Shown: positions 1 to 8,292 of the stretch, in pieces
Layout: each line of letters begins with the position of its first letter
Position numbering within the stretch: position 1 is the first letter of the stretch
From: a virus
DNA: 41,441 nucleotides
Virus record (IMG/VR): IMGVR_UViG_3300029341_000010
Direction: 5' to 3' (one strand)
The notes under the pieces: model-generated
The model's database searches: none
Told to the model about the DNA's origin: nothing
The model's input: the letters and a program-made list of their open reading frames with translations, nothing else
Made by a program: the position numbers and the translations under genes

Positions 1-123
1 CGGCGTTGATGACCCCGGCAAGGTAAAGTCAATCAAAGTGCCGTTTGGTTATATCGGCATCTGCTGGTTTGAAGAACTAGACCAGTTTGACGGTGAAGAG
101 CAAATCCGAAATGTGGAGCAGTC
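1..123. repeat. Terminal direct repeat, copy 1 (identical to 41319-41441); closure overlap of a circular or circularly permuted genome
   Basis: Bases 1-123 match 41319-41441 letter for letter when read directly. The unit length is therefore 41318 bp. Confidence 0.97.
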
Positions 124-943
124 GTGCTTGCGCGGCGGTGACTGGTTCATCACGTTCAAGAGCTTCAACCCGCCCGCAATGGCGCGGAACTGGGCGAACG
201 GCTACGCGCTGAAAGCCCGCGAAGGCAAGCTGGTACATCATTCCACCTACAAAACAACGCCCGCAGAATGGCTCGGAGAGCGGTTCCTGGCCGATGCTGA
301 ATACTTGGAGCGCACAAACGAAACAGCATACCGGCATGAGTATCTTGGCGAGGTTGTCGGCAGTGGCACGGCAGTGTTCGAGAATCTGCGCATTGAGAAA
401 ATAACCGATGAACAGATTGCCAGCTTTGACCGCATCAAGCGCGGCGTGGACTGGGGCTGGTACCCTGACCCTTGGGCATACAATGCTATGCACTATGACG
501 CGGCACGGCGAACACTGTACATCTTTGATGAAATGACACGGCGCAGAACCAGCAACAGGGATACTGCACAGCTGCTTTTGGATAGAGGGCTGACGCGCGA
601 GGACAAAGTCTGCGCGGATAGTGCTGAGCCGAAATCCATTGCGGACTACAACAAGTACGGCGTGAAAACATTCCCTGCCCGTAAAGGGCCGAAATCGGTT
701 CGATACGGCACAAAGTGGCTGCAAATGCTAAAAGCGATTGTCATTGATCCAGAACGATGCCCGGACACAGCAAAGGAATTCAGCGAGTACGAGTACGAGC
801 GAGACAGCAAGACGGGGGAAGTGCTGGAAGGCTACCCGGATTTGAACAACCATCACATTGACGCAGTGCGTTATGGGATGGAAAGCACAGCGAACAAAGC
901 CGGAGACAATACGGCAATGAAGTATCAAAGCATTTACAGATAG
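2..943 (+). CDS. terL: Terminase large subunit, C-terminal part (5' end lies at 41011-41441 across the circular junction)
   Basis: The frame is open from base 2 and is continuous with 41011-41441 once 41318 is subtracted. Walker B-like ICWFEELD and nuclease-type C-terminus HHIDAVRY are present. The gene follows terS and precedes portal. Confidence 0.9.
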   Translation, partial: GVDDPGKVKSIKVPFGYIGICWFEELDQFDGEEQIRNVEQSCLRGGDWFITFKSFNPPAMARNWANGYALKAREGKLVHHSTYKTTPAEWLGERFLADAEYLERTNETAYRHEYLGEVVGSGTAVFENLRIEKITDEQIASFDRIKRGVDWGWYPDPWAYNAMHYDAARRTLYIFDEMTRRRTSNRDTAQLLLDRGLTREDKVCADSAEPKSIADYNKYGVKTFPARKGPKSVRYGTKWLQMLKAIVIDPERCPDTAKEFSEYEYERDSKTGEVLEGYPDLNNHHIDAVRYGMESTANKAGDNTAMKYQSIYR

Positions 944-977
944 GCGGTGAGGGAAAATCAGAACATATCAAGACTTT

Positions 978-2363
978 GTGGCGGTCTGTGAAGATGAACG
1001 TTCCCGCATGGGGTTTGTGTTTGACACCATCAACGATTTTAAAGGCCAGAAAAAGACGCGGGACATGCTGGATGCAAAGCTGTACTATTGGGGCGAAAAT
1101 CCCACAATCAACCGCTACGAAAAAATGGTGTACGACCTTGAGGGGAAAGCGCATCCCGATATGTACACAGCAAACCACAAGATTGCCAGCAAGTTTTTTG
1201 GATTTGTTGTAGATCAGGAAGTTTCTTACCTGCTGGGCAACGGCGTTGCGTTTAACAGTGAGGCCACAAAAAAGGCACTTGGCGCTACGTTTGATGAAAA
1301 TATTATGGATGCTGCCCGCCATGCGTTGATTGGTGGGCAGTCTTTTGTATTCTGGAATCTTGACCATATTCAGGTGTTCGCGCCGGAGCAGTTTGTGCCG
1401 TTATACGATGAAGAAGACGGCGCGCTAAAAGCTGGAATCAGGTTCTGGCAGATTGACCCGGACAAGCCGCTGCGGGCAACTCTGTACGAGATGGACGGTT
1501 ACACTAACTACATCAAGCCGCGCAACGGTGAAGCGCGCAGGTTAAACTTAAACGGAAAACTGCCGTACAAGTTGAAAGTTCGGTACTCGGAGATTGACGG
1601 CACAGAAATATATGACGGCGAGAATTATCCCGGATTTCCCATTATCCCGCTGAAAAACGGTGAACAAGCAAGAAGCGAACTTTGCGGCAGGAAAAACACC
1701 GTTGACGCGCTCGACCTTGCCAGCAGCAACATGGTAAACAATGTGGATGAGGGCAACCTGATCTATTGGGTGCTTACAAACTGCGGCGGTATGGATGAAA
1801 TTGACGATGCAAAGTTTGTGGAGCGACTTAAAACCACCCACGTTGCCCATGCAGATGGCGACGAGGGCGCGAAAGCCACGCCACAGAGCATTGAAGCACC
1901 GTTCCAAGGGACGCAGGCTACCATTGATATGCTTACCAAAAAGCTGTACACGGATTTCCAGGCATTTGACGCATCTGCCGTGAGCGCAGGTAACCAGACG
2001 GCAACGGCTATTAAGGCAAGTTATGCTCCGTTGGATTTGAAAACAGACAAATTTGAGAGCTGGGTCTCGCGCTGCATTAAGGGCATTTTGGCAATTGCTG
2101 GGCTTGATGATGAACCAACTTACACGCGCAACCAGATTATCAATAAACAAGAAGAAGCGCAGACCGTGATGCTGGGTGCGGAATACTACGATGATGAATA
2201 CATCACCAAAAAGCTGCTGACCATCCTCGGCGACGCAGACCAGTTTGAAGACTTGATGCGCCGCAAGGCTGCCGAGGAGCTAGACCGTACAATTACCAAC
2301 CAGCCGCCTAACGAGCCACAAAACCAGCCGGGAGAGGGAATAAACGGCGATGGCGAGACCTGA
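978..2363 (+). CDS. Portal protein (SPP1 gp6-like)
   Basis: A 461-aa ORF directly after terL, with size and sequence character (ANHKIASKFFGFVVDQEVSYLLGNGV) of siphovirus portals. The start is uncertain: GTG 978 or in-frame ATG 1008. Confidence 0.85.
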   Translation: MAVCEDERSRMGFVFDTINDFKGQKKTRDMLDAKLYYWGENPTINRYEKMVYDLEGKAHPDMYTANHKIASKFFGFVVDQEVSYLLGNGVAFNSEATKKALGATFDENIMDAARHALIGGQSFVFWNLDHIQVFAPEQFVPLYDEEDGALKAGIRFWQIDPDKPLRATLYEMDGYTNYIKPRNGEARRLNLNGKLPYKLKVRYSEIDGTEIYDGENYPGFPIIPLKNGEQARSELCGRKNTVDALDLASSNMVNNVDEGNLIYWVLTNCGGMDEIDDAKFVERLKTTHVAHADGDEGAKATPQSIEAPFQGTQATIDMLTKKLYTDFQAFDASAVSAGNQTATAIKASYAPLDLKTDKFESWVSRCIKGILAIAGLDDEPTYTRNQIINKQEEAQTVMLGAEYYDDEYITKKLLTILGDADQFEDLMRRKAAEELDRTITNQPPNEPQNQPGEGINGDGET

Positions 2364-3351
2364 TTACGCCCACAAAATGACAGATGCCGAGCTTGTAAAG
2401 CTGGAACAGCGCATCGCAAAGCTGTACAAAGAAGCTGCTGACGAACTGACCGACACGGTGAAAGCCTATTTTGAGCAGTTCGAGAAGCGTGATGCAGCCA
2501 TGAAAGAAAAGCTCGATGCAGGCAAAATCACAGAGCAGCAGTACAAGCAATGGCGGCTTGCGCAGATAGGGCGAGGCAAGCGTTTTACGGCGCTGCGGGA
2601 CAAGGTGGCAGAAAGATACACCAACGCCAACGAAACGGCTGTAGCCTATGTCAATGACGCCACGCCGGGCATTTACACGCTCAATCGCAACTATGCCGCA
2701 TACAAGATTGAGCAGGTTTCCGACAAAGCAGATTTTACGCTGTGGGATGAGCAGACAGTGAAACGTCTGATTGTGGAACAGCCTGACTTGATGCCGTACT
2801 ACCCGCCAAAGCGGGCATTGCAGCGCGGCATCGATTTGAAGTACGGCAAGCAACAGATTACAGCCAGCGTCACAAGCTCCATCCTGCAAGGCAAAAGCAT
2901 ACCGAAAATCGCCAACGACCTGCAACAGCGTATGCAAGGCATGAGCCGCGCAAGCGCTATCAGAACGGCAAGAACGGCGGTCACGGCAGCGCAAAACGCG
3001 GGACGACTAGATACTTACCGCGCCGCGCAGGACATGGGCATAAAGCTGAAAAAGCAATGGCTGGCAACGCTGGACAACCGCACACGCCATGCCCATGCAA
3101 TGCTTGACGGCCAGACAGTAGACGTTGACAAGCCGTTTAAGACTGACGGGTACGAATTTATGTATCCTGGAGACAGTTCCGCACCGGGTTATCTCGTGTA
3201 TAATTGCCGATGCACTACTATTGCCGTACTGCCTGATGAACCAAAACCGCGTCATGAGCTGAGACGTGCATACGATGAGAAAACCGGGAAAAGCATTTTG
3301 ATTCCTGCAATGACGTATGCGCAATGGATTTCGTGGAAGGAAACGAAATGA
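2350..3351 (+). CDS. Head morphogenesis / minor capsid protein (SPP1 gp7 / Mu F-like)
   Basis: A 333-aa ORF overlapping the portal stop. It has a helical N-terminus and the conserved C-terminal YNCRCT motif typical of the gp7/MuF family. Confidence 0.85.
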   Translation: MARPDYAHKMTDAELVKLEQRIAKLYKEAADELTDTVKAYFEQFEKRDAAMKEKLDAGKITEQQYKQWRLAQIGRGKRFTALRDKVAERYTNANETAVAYVNDATPGIYTLNRNYAAYKIEQVSDKADFTLWDEQTVKRLIVEQPDLMPYYPPKRALQRGIDLKYGKQQITASVTSSILQGKSIPKIANDLQQRMQGMSRASAIRTARTAVTAAQNAGRLDTYRAAQDMGIKLKKQWLATLDNRTRHAHAMLDGQTVDVDKPFKTDGYEFMYPGDSSAPGYLVYNCRCTTIAVLPDEPKPRHELRRAYDEKTGKSILIPAMTYAQWISWKETK

Positions 3352-3398
3352 AATTTCGACTCGAAGACCACAGCGCTGAAGTGAGAATTGAGCGATGA
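3348..3398 (+). pseudogene. Relic 5' end of the HK97-gp10-like gene (16 codons, MKFRLEDHSAEVRIER*)
   Basis: Its ATG overlaps the gp7 stop (ATGA). Bases 3363-3382 are identical to 3654-3673 in the intact gene at 3639, and a second relic start at 3393-3412 is identical to 3637-3656. Confidence 0.7.
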
Positions 3399-3430
3399 AA
3401 ATCACACTTGAAAAGTAGGAGGTAAGAGTC

Positions 3431-3655
3431 ATGAATCCATTAAAAAGATTTTTAGGTGATACATCAAGCGAACATTTTAGAGTTTATGACACTTCCGATG
3501 AAGCCGAAAAGCACGTAAGCATTTTTGGGGTCGAAGATGTAACCATTACAGAAGATGACATTAAAAATCTCCGAGAGGGCAAAACGCTTGTGTGCGAGAT
3601 TATGGATGAATACAGCATTATGATGCGTTTAGAAAACGATGAAAATCACACTTGA
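3431..3655 (+). CDS. Hypothetical small acidic protein (74 aa), inserted gene (moron)
   Basis: It has a strong RBS (GTAGGAGGTAAGAGTC-ATG), is visibly more A+T-rich than its neighbours, and is flanked by duplicated copies of the downstream gene start. Confidence 0.65.
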   Translation: MNPLKRFLGDTSSEHFRVYDTSDEAEKHVSIFGVEDVTITEDDIKNLREGKTLVCEIMDEYSIMMRLENDENHT

Positions 3656-4040
3656 AGACCACAGCGCTGAAGTCTACAAAGAGCTTGAAGCGGCTTGCCA
3701 GCGGGCGCTTGAAAAGTGCGGGCTTGTGGCAGAGGGGCACGCTAAAAAGCTGTGCCCCGTGGACACAGGCAACCTACGCAACAGCATTACTCATACAGTA
3801 GCAGACAACGGCGAACGGGCTGCCTACGTGGGCACAAACAGCGAATACGGCGTGTATGTTGAGTGCGGTACTGGTATTTACTATCCGGGTGGCAGACAAA
3901 CGCCGTGGGTGTACCAAGATGCAAAAGGCGATTGGCATTTGACGCACGGCCAACGCGCACAGCCTTTTATAAAGCCTGCCGTTGCCGAGCATGGCGAACA
4001 ATACAGAAAAATAATCGAAGCAGAGCTGAAAAACGATTAA
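3639..4040 (+). CDS. HK97 gp10-family protein (head-tail joining / tail completion type)
   Basis: A 133-aa ORF with the VDTGNLRNSI motif and the GTNSEYGVYVE region characteristic of the HK97 gp10 family. Confidence 0.8.
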   Translation: MKITLEDHSAEVYKELEAACQRALEKCGLVAEGHAKKLCPVDTGNLRNSITHTVADNGERAAYVGTNSEYGVYVECGTGIYYPGGRQTPWVYQDAKGDWHLTHGQRAQPFIKPAVAEHGEQYRKIIEAELKND

Positions 4041-4059
4041 CGTTTTCCAGCTCTTTTTA

Positions 4060-4094
4060 GTGGTTGTTTCCATTTTGGAAACGGCCACTTTTTT
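4060..4094 (+). terminator. Rho-independent terminator
   Basis: A 12-bp stem GTGGTTGTTTCC / GGAAACGGCCAC (two G-U pairs) is followed by TTTTTT, directly after the stop at 4040. Confidence 0.7.
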
Positions 4095-4231
4095 ATACCC
4101 AAAAATGTTTACTTTCAAATTATCAGAAAGGAAACGTTTTTACAAACTTTTTGCAAAAACAGCAAAGAACCGCTGTTTTTATATAAACGCGAATGTCGAA
4201 GAACTGACACCGAAGAAAAGGAGCGAAAACA

Positions 4232-4855
4232 TTGGCTATTACTCGCAAGCTGCTGAAAGGTATGGGGCTGACCGAAGAGCAGCAGGACACTATCATTGAA
4301 GCCCACACTGACACCGTAAACGGTTTGAAAGCGGACGTTGACCGCTATAAAGCCGATGCGGAAAAACTTCCCGTCGTCCAAAAGGAACTGGACGACCTGA
4401 AAGGAAAGGGCGATGACGGTTACAAGGCAAAGTATGAATCCGAGCACAAGGCTTTCGAGGATTACAAAACCAGCGTGGCCGCTGAAAAGACTACCGCTGC
4501 CAAAGAAAAGGCATTGGAGACCGCCCTGAAAAAAGTCGGCATTGCCGACAAACGCTTGCAGTCTGTTGCCAGACTTTGCAAAGGCGATGGCCTGCTGGAC
4601 AAGCTGGAATTGGACGAAAAAGGCGCTATCAAGGATTCTGACAAGCTGGAAACCAGCCTGAAAGAATCTTACAGCGACTACATCGTTACTACCAGCACTC
4701 ATGGCGCAAACACACCGAACCCGCCTGCCGGAAACGGCGGTAGTGGTTCCATCACGGCAGAAGCCTTTAAAAAGATGGGCTATGCCGAACGACTGAAACT
4801 CTATAAAGAAAGCCCGGAACAGTATGCCGAGCTTGCAAACAACAAAGGAGATTAA
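4232..4855 (+). CDS. Scaffolding protein
   Basis: TTG start 8 nt after AAAAGGAG. The 207-aa product is highly charged and helical (MAITRKLLKGMGLTEEQQDTIIEAH...) and lies immediately upstream of the capsid gene. Confidence 0.8.
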   Translation: MAITRKLLKGMGLTEEQQDTIIEAHTDTVNGLKADVDRYKADAEKLPVVQKELDDLKGKGDDGYKAKYESEHKAFEDYKTSVAAEKTTAAKEKALETALKKVGIADKRLQSVARLCKGDGLLDKLELDEKGAIKDSDKLETSLKESYSDYIVTTSTHGANTPNPPAGNGGSGSITAEAFKKMGYAERLKLYKESPEQYAELANNKGD

Positions 4856-4858
4856 CAC

Positions 4859-5857
4859 ATGGCAGATACTATCCTTACAAAACTGGCAGACCTGATTAAC
4901 CCCGAAGTTATGGCCGATATGATTTCGGCAAAGATTCCTGACAAAATCCGCGTGGCGCCTTTTGCAAAGGTGGATGACACCCTTGCTGGCGTGCCCGGCG
5001 ATACCATTACTGTGCCGTCTTACGGTTACATTGGCGACGCAGAGGACGTTGCAGAAGGCGTCGACGTTGACATCAACAAGATGAGCACCAAGGACAAGAA
5101 GTACAAGATCAAGAAGGCCATGAAGGGCGTTGGCCTGACCGATGAAGCTGTTCTGTCCGGCTACGGCAACCCCGTGGGCGAGGCCAATGCGCAGCTGGCG
5201 CTGTCTATTGCTGCCAAAATCGACAACGACTGCATGGAAGCCTTGCAGGGCGCCACGCTGGTGTATGACGGCACTGCTTCCGCTATCAAGTACAGCGGCG
5301 TTGTGGACGCTATCGACGTGTTCAATGAGGAGATCAACAGCGACAAGGTGATGTTCATCAACCCCAAGCAGATGGCAACCCTGCGCAAGGATGCTGATTT
5401 TATCAGCGCTGACAAGTATCAGGCTGGCGTTGCTGTCACCGGCGAAATCGGCAAGATTGCCAACACCCGCGTTGTAGCATCCCGCAAGGTTCCTTCTATC
5501 GAGTATGAGAAGGACAACAGCACCGGCACCATTGAGATTGTCGCTGATACTACCGCCGAAACCTCCACCAAAAAGCATCTGGCGACCATCCAGCCGCATT
5601 GCGCTGCTGCTTTGATTGTCGGCGATAAGGTCAAGGCTGCTGCTACCGCCTATTACGCTTGCCCCATCGTCAAGCTGAACGAGGACAGCGAGACTGAGGA
5701 CGATGTGCCCGCCCTGACCATCTACCGCAAGCGCAATATCAACGTGGAGACCGAGCGCAAGCCGCGTAACCGCTCCACCGAGATCACCGCTGACGAGTTT
5801 TACGTTGCGGCGCTGACCAATGAAGCCAAAGTCGTGCTGGCAAAGTTCAAAAAGTAA
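4859..5857 (+). CDS. Major capsid protein
   Basis: A 332-aa ORF after the scaffold gene. The N-terminus MADTILTKLADLINPEVMADMI... and the size fit HK97-fold capsid proteins of Firmicutes siphoviruses. Confidence 0.85.
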   Translation: MADTILTKLADLINPEVMADMISAKIPDKIRVAPFAKVDDTLAGVPGDTITVPSYGYIGDAEDVAEGVDVDINKMSTKDKKYKIKKAMKGVGLTDEAVLSGYGNPVGEANAQLALSIAAKIDNDCMEALQGATLVYDGTASAIKYSGVVDAIDVFNEEINSDKVMFINPKQMATLRKDADFISADKYQAGVAVTGEIGKIANTRVVASRKVPSIEYEKDNSTGTIEIVADTTAETSTKKHLATIQPHCAAALIVGDKVKAAATAYYACPIVKLNEDSETEDDVPALTIYRKRNINVETERKPRNRSTEITADEFYVAALTNEAKVVLAKFKK

Positions 5858-5872
5858 TAAGGAGGCAGCGAA

Positions 5873-6298
5873 ATGCTTGAAGAATTGATGCGAGAGTGTA
5901 GAAACTGGTTTGTTGCGCCGAATGGCGTACATCTGGGCACTTTTACCGTCAAGGAAGGCAGCATTGCGCTGCCTTTTCTTGTTTATGGGCAATATTTCCG
6001 CATCGTTGGCAGCGTTTTCAACGACGGCGTTTACGAGTATGGCAACGTTTATCTGCAGGACGAAACATTTGAGGGAGCTATTTGGGCTTTAAGTGTTCCG
6101 CCTGCATTTATAAAGCTTTCCGAAGAAATCAAAAGCTGGCGCGACCAGTACGAGAACGCCGCAAACAGCCCTTTTCAAAGTGAGAGCTTTGCGGGATATA
6201 GTTACACCAAATCGAGCGCGAACGGCAATTCTGGCGGCTCTGTGACGGGCTGGCAGGGCGTGTTTGCGTCCCGTCTAAACAAATGGAGAAAGCTATGA
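5873..6298 (+). CDS. Putative head-tail connector / head completion protein
   Basis: A 141-aa ORF with an AAGGAGG RBS directly after the capsid gene. The call rests on position only; no motif was recognised. Confidence 0.5.
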   Translation: MLEELMRECRNWFVAPNGVHLGTFTVKEGSIALPFLVYGQYFRIVGSVFNDGVYEYGNVYLQDETFEGAIWALSVPPAFIKLSEEIKSWRDQYENAANSPFQSESFAGYSYTKSSANGNSGGSVTGWQGVFASRLNKWRKL

Positions 6299-6660
6299 GC
6301 CTTTTAGATGATTTTTCGCGCAGCTGCATCATTATGGACAAACTGACAAAGCCTGACGGCGAGGGCGGCTATTCTACCGAGTGGCGCGAGGGCGCAGAGT
6401 TTTCAAATTACGTCGCATTTGACAGCAGCCTTGAAGCACGGCAGGCCGAAGCGCAGGGTGTGACCAGCGTGTATACCGGCATTGTGCGGAAAGATGTGCC
6501 CATCGAGTACGGCAGCGTGTACAAGGACGTGACGACCGGGGCATATTTCCGGGTCACGAGCCGCCCGGAAGAAAAGCGAGCCCCGGCAAGCGCTTCCCCG
6601 ATGCTGCAAAACCTAAAAAGTTTTACGGCTGAACGATTACGGGAGGGATTGCCGACATGA
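6295..6660 (+). CDS. Putative head closure / head-tail adaptor protein
   Basis: ATGA overlap with the upstream stop and a GGAGA RBS 5 nt upstream; an alternative ATG lies at 6283. Size and position match head-tail joining proteins. Confidence 0.55.
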   Translation: MSLLDDFSRSCIIMDKLTKPDGEGGYSTEWREGAEFSNYVAFDSSLEARQAEAQGVTSVYTGIVRKDVPIEYGSVYKDVTTGAYFRVTSRPEEKRAPASASPMLQNLKSFTAERLREGLPT

Positions 6661-7025
6661 CAAAGGGCGCTGCATTACAGCAGTTTTTCGGGCAGTTTAT
6701 GACCGCATACGCCAGCAACGCCGTGCCGGATGACGCTGTACTCCCCTACTTGACCTATGATGCCGTGTTTGACGCATGGGGCGGCGGGGCGGTATCGCTG
6801 ACGGTCAACATGTGGTTCCATACCACGAGAGAAGCGGTGCCAAATGCAAAGGCGCTTGAGCTTTCGGACGCACTGGGCATTGGCGGCGTGACGCTGCCGG
6901 TAGATGGCGGCTTGATTTGGTTAAAACGCGGCTCCCCGTTCTGCCAATCGCTGGCAGATGACACAGACAAAAACCTAAAACGGCGGTACATCAACGTTAC
7001 CGCCGAATTTTTATGCCTAAATTGA
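6657..7025 (+). CDS. Putative tail completion / tail terminator protein
   Basis: A 122-aa ORF overlapping the upstream stop, in the last position before the major tail gene. Confidence 0.5.
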   Translation: MTKGAALQQFFGQFMTAYASNAVPDDAVLPYLTYDAVFDAWGGGAVSLTVNMWFHTTREAVPNAKALELSDALGIGGVTLPVDGGLIWLKRGSPFCQSLADDTDKNLKRRYINVTAEFLCLN

Positions 7026-7034
7026 GGTGAAAGC

Positions 7035-7628
7035 ATGAAATTTACTCGTATTCCCGAATCTGCGTTTAAAGAACTGGTCTTGAACGCGGGTTATCTTGCA
7101 ACTACGTTTGACCCGGCTGCCGGTACGGCGCCGGAAGAAAGTGCGCTGCTGGGCGCTACGACCGGCGGCATCAACTTTACGGCTGTGCCGAGCTTTACCG
7201 ACTTCGGCGAGGATATCGACAACTGCCCCAAGAACATGAAAGAGCTGAAGCAGATTGAATCATGGGAAGTCAAGTGCAGCGGCACTTATGTTTCGGCATC
7301 GACAGAGAATGCCAAGAGCATGCTTGGCGCTGCGGATGTTACGACCACTTCCAAGGTTTCCAAAATCACGCCGCGCAACGACCTGAAAGACAGCGACTTT
7401 ACCGATTTGTGGCTGCTGTGCGACTATTCGGACAAGCACGGCACTACGAGTGGCGGTTTCTGTGCCATTCACATGCTGAATACGCTGTCCACCGGCGGTT
7501 TCAGCTTGCAGACCGGCGACAAGAAAAAAGGCCAGATGAGCTTCGAATACACGGCGCACTACTCCATTACCGCGCAGGACACTGTGCCGTGCGAGGTGTA
7601 TATCAAGGCCGGAGAGGATGAAGCCTGA
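7035..7628 (+). CDS. Major tail protein
   Basis: A 197-aa ORF with a GAGGTGA RBS, immediately upstream of the chaperone pair and the tape measure gene. Confidence 0.75.
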   Translation: MKFTRIPESAFKELVLNAGYLATTFDPAAGTAPEESALLGATTGGINFTAVPSFTDFGEDIDNCPKNMKELKQIESWEVKCSGTYVSASTENAKSMLGAADVTTTSKVSKITPRNDLKDSDFTDLWLLCDYSDKHGTTSGGFCAIHMLNTLSTGGFSLQTGDKKKGQMSFEYTAHYSITAQDTVPCEVYIKAGEDEA

Positions 7629-7999
7629 TGCGGATTTTTTCTGAACTTAGCACCGATGAAGCACTGGAAGTTGTATTGCAGATCGCGCAGCCCATCACAA
7701 ACTTGATTGATGATGAAGCGCTTGTGAAAGAGATGCAGAAAGCGATGCCGAAGGGCGAAACGACCCGCATTGCAATGCAGCGTTTCGGCCTTGCGAAAAT
7801 CGTTAAGCTGCTGAACATTGCGTTAAAGCAGCACCGCGAGGATGTATACGCAATTCTTGCACCGTTCAACGGCCTGACGGTAGAAGAAATCGGCGAACAG
7901 AATTTCCTTATCACCTGCAAGCAAGTTTACGTCCTGGTGAACGATAAGGGCTTTGCTGATTTTTTCAAATCGTATCTCGGTGGCGGGCAGAACAAGTAA
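7628..7999 (+). CDS. Tail assembly chaperone (G-type, zero-frame product)
   Basis: A 123-aa acidic ORF between the major tail and tape measure genes, with a slippery heptamer near its 3' end. Confidence 0.8.
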   Translation: MRIFSELSTDEALEVVLQIAQPITNLIDDEALVKEMQKAMPKGETTRIAMQRFGLAKIVKLLNIALKQHREDVYAILAPFNGLTVEEIGEQNFLITCKQVYVLVNDKGFADFFKSYLGGGQNK

Positions 8000-8280
8000 T
8001 CCCTGTACTGCTGAAAATGCCGAAACTGAGCGCAAAGGCGCTTGTGTCGGCGCTGCCTTACGCTTTGAAAGCTGATTTTGAAGAACAGATGTACAAGGTA
8101 TACATGACAGACAGTGCGTGGAGCCTTGTTGTAGCTGTGACAGGCGTAACGGACAGGCCAGCGAGATATATTGACATTATCCACCCGCCCAAAGTGGATA
8201 CGCGGACACCAGAACAGGTGCAGGCGGATTTCAAAGATTTTGCGGCGCGGCATGGATTAAAAACAAAAGAACGGCAGTAG
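7628..8280 (+). CDS. Tail assembly chaperone G-T fusion product (via -1 frameshift at 7960-7966)
   Basis: The downstream ORF (listed as 8017-8280) is in the -1 frame relative to 7628-7999 and is open from the slip site. This is the conserved architecture upstream of tape measure genes. Confidence 0.7.
7960..7966 (+). promoter_or_regulatory. -1 programmed ribosomal frameshift site T_TTT_TTC
   Basis: The heptamer is in the correct X_XXY_YYZ register of the 7628 frame. The -1 frame is closed by TGA at 7957-7959 and opens exactly at 7960, then runs to 8280. Confidence 0.75.
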
Positions 8281-8292
8281 GTGAGCGAGTAA

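Noticed and set aside
4115-5992. A 625-aa ORF on the minus strand
   Set aside because: It is exactly antisense to the scaffold and major capsid genes. Its translation is low-complexity and Leu/Gly/Ala/Val-rich with no RBS context. It is a by-product of the codon bias of the strongly supported + strand genes.
8017-8280. An independent 87-aa gene as listed in the ORF track
   Set aside because: There is no RBS before ATG 8017, and the frame opens exactly at the upstream slippery heptamer. It is better explained as the frameshift extension of the chaperone.
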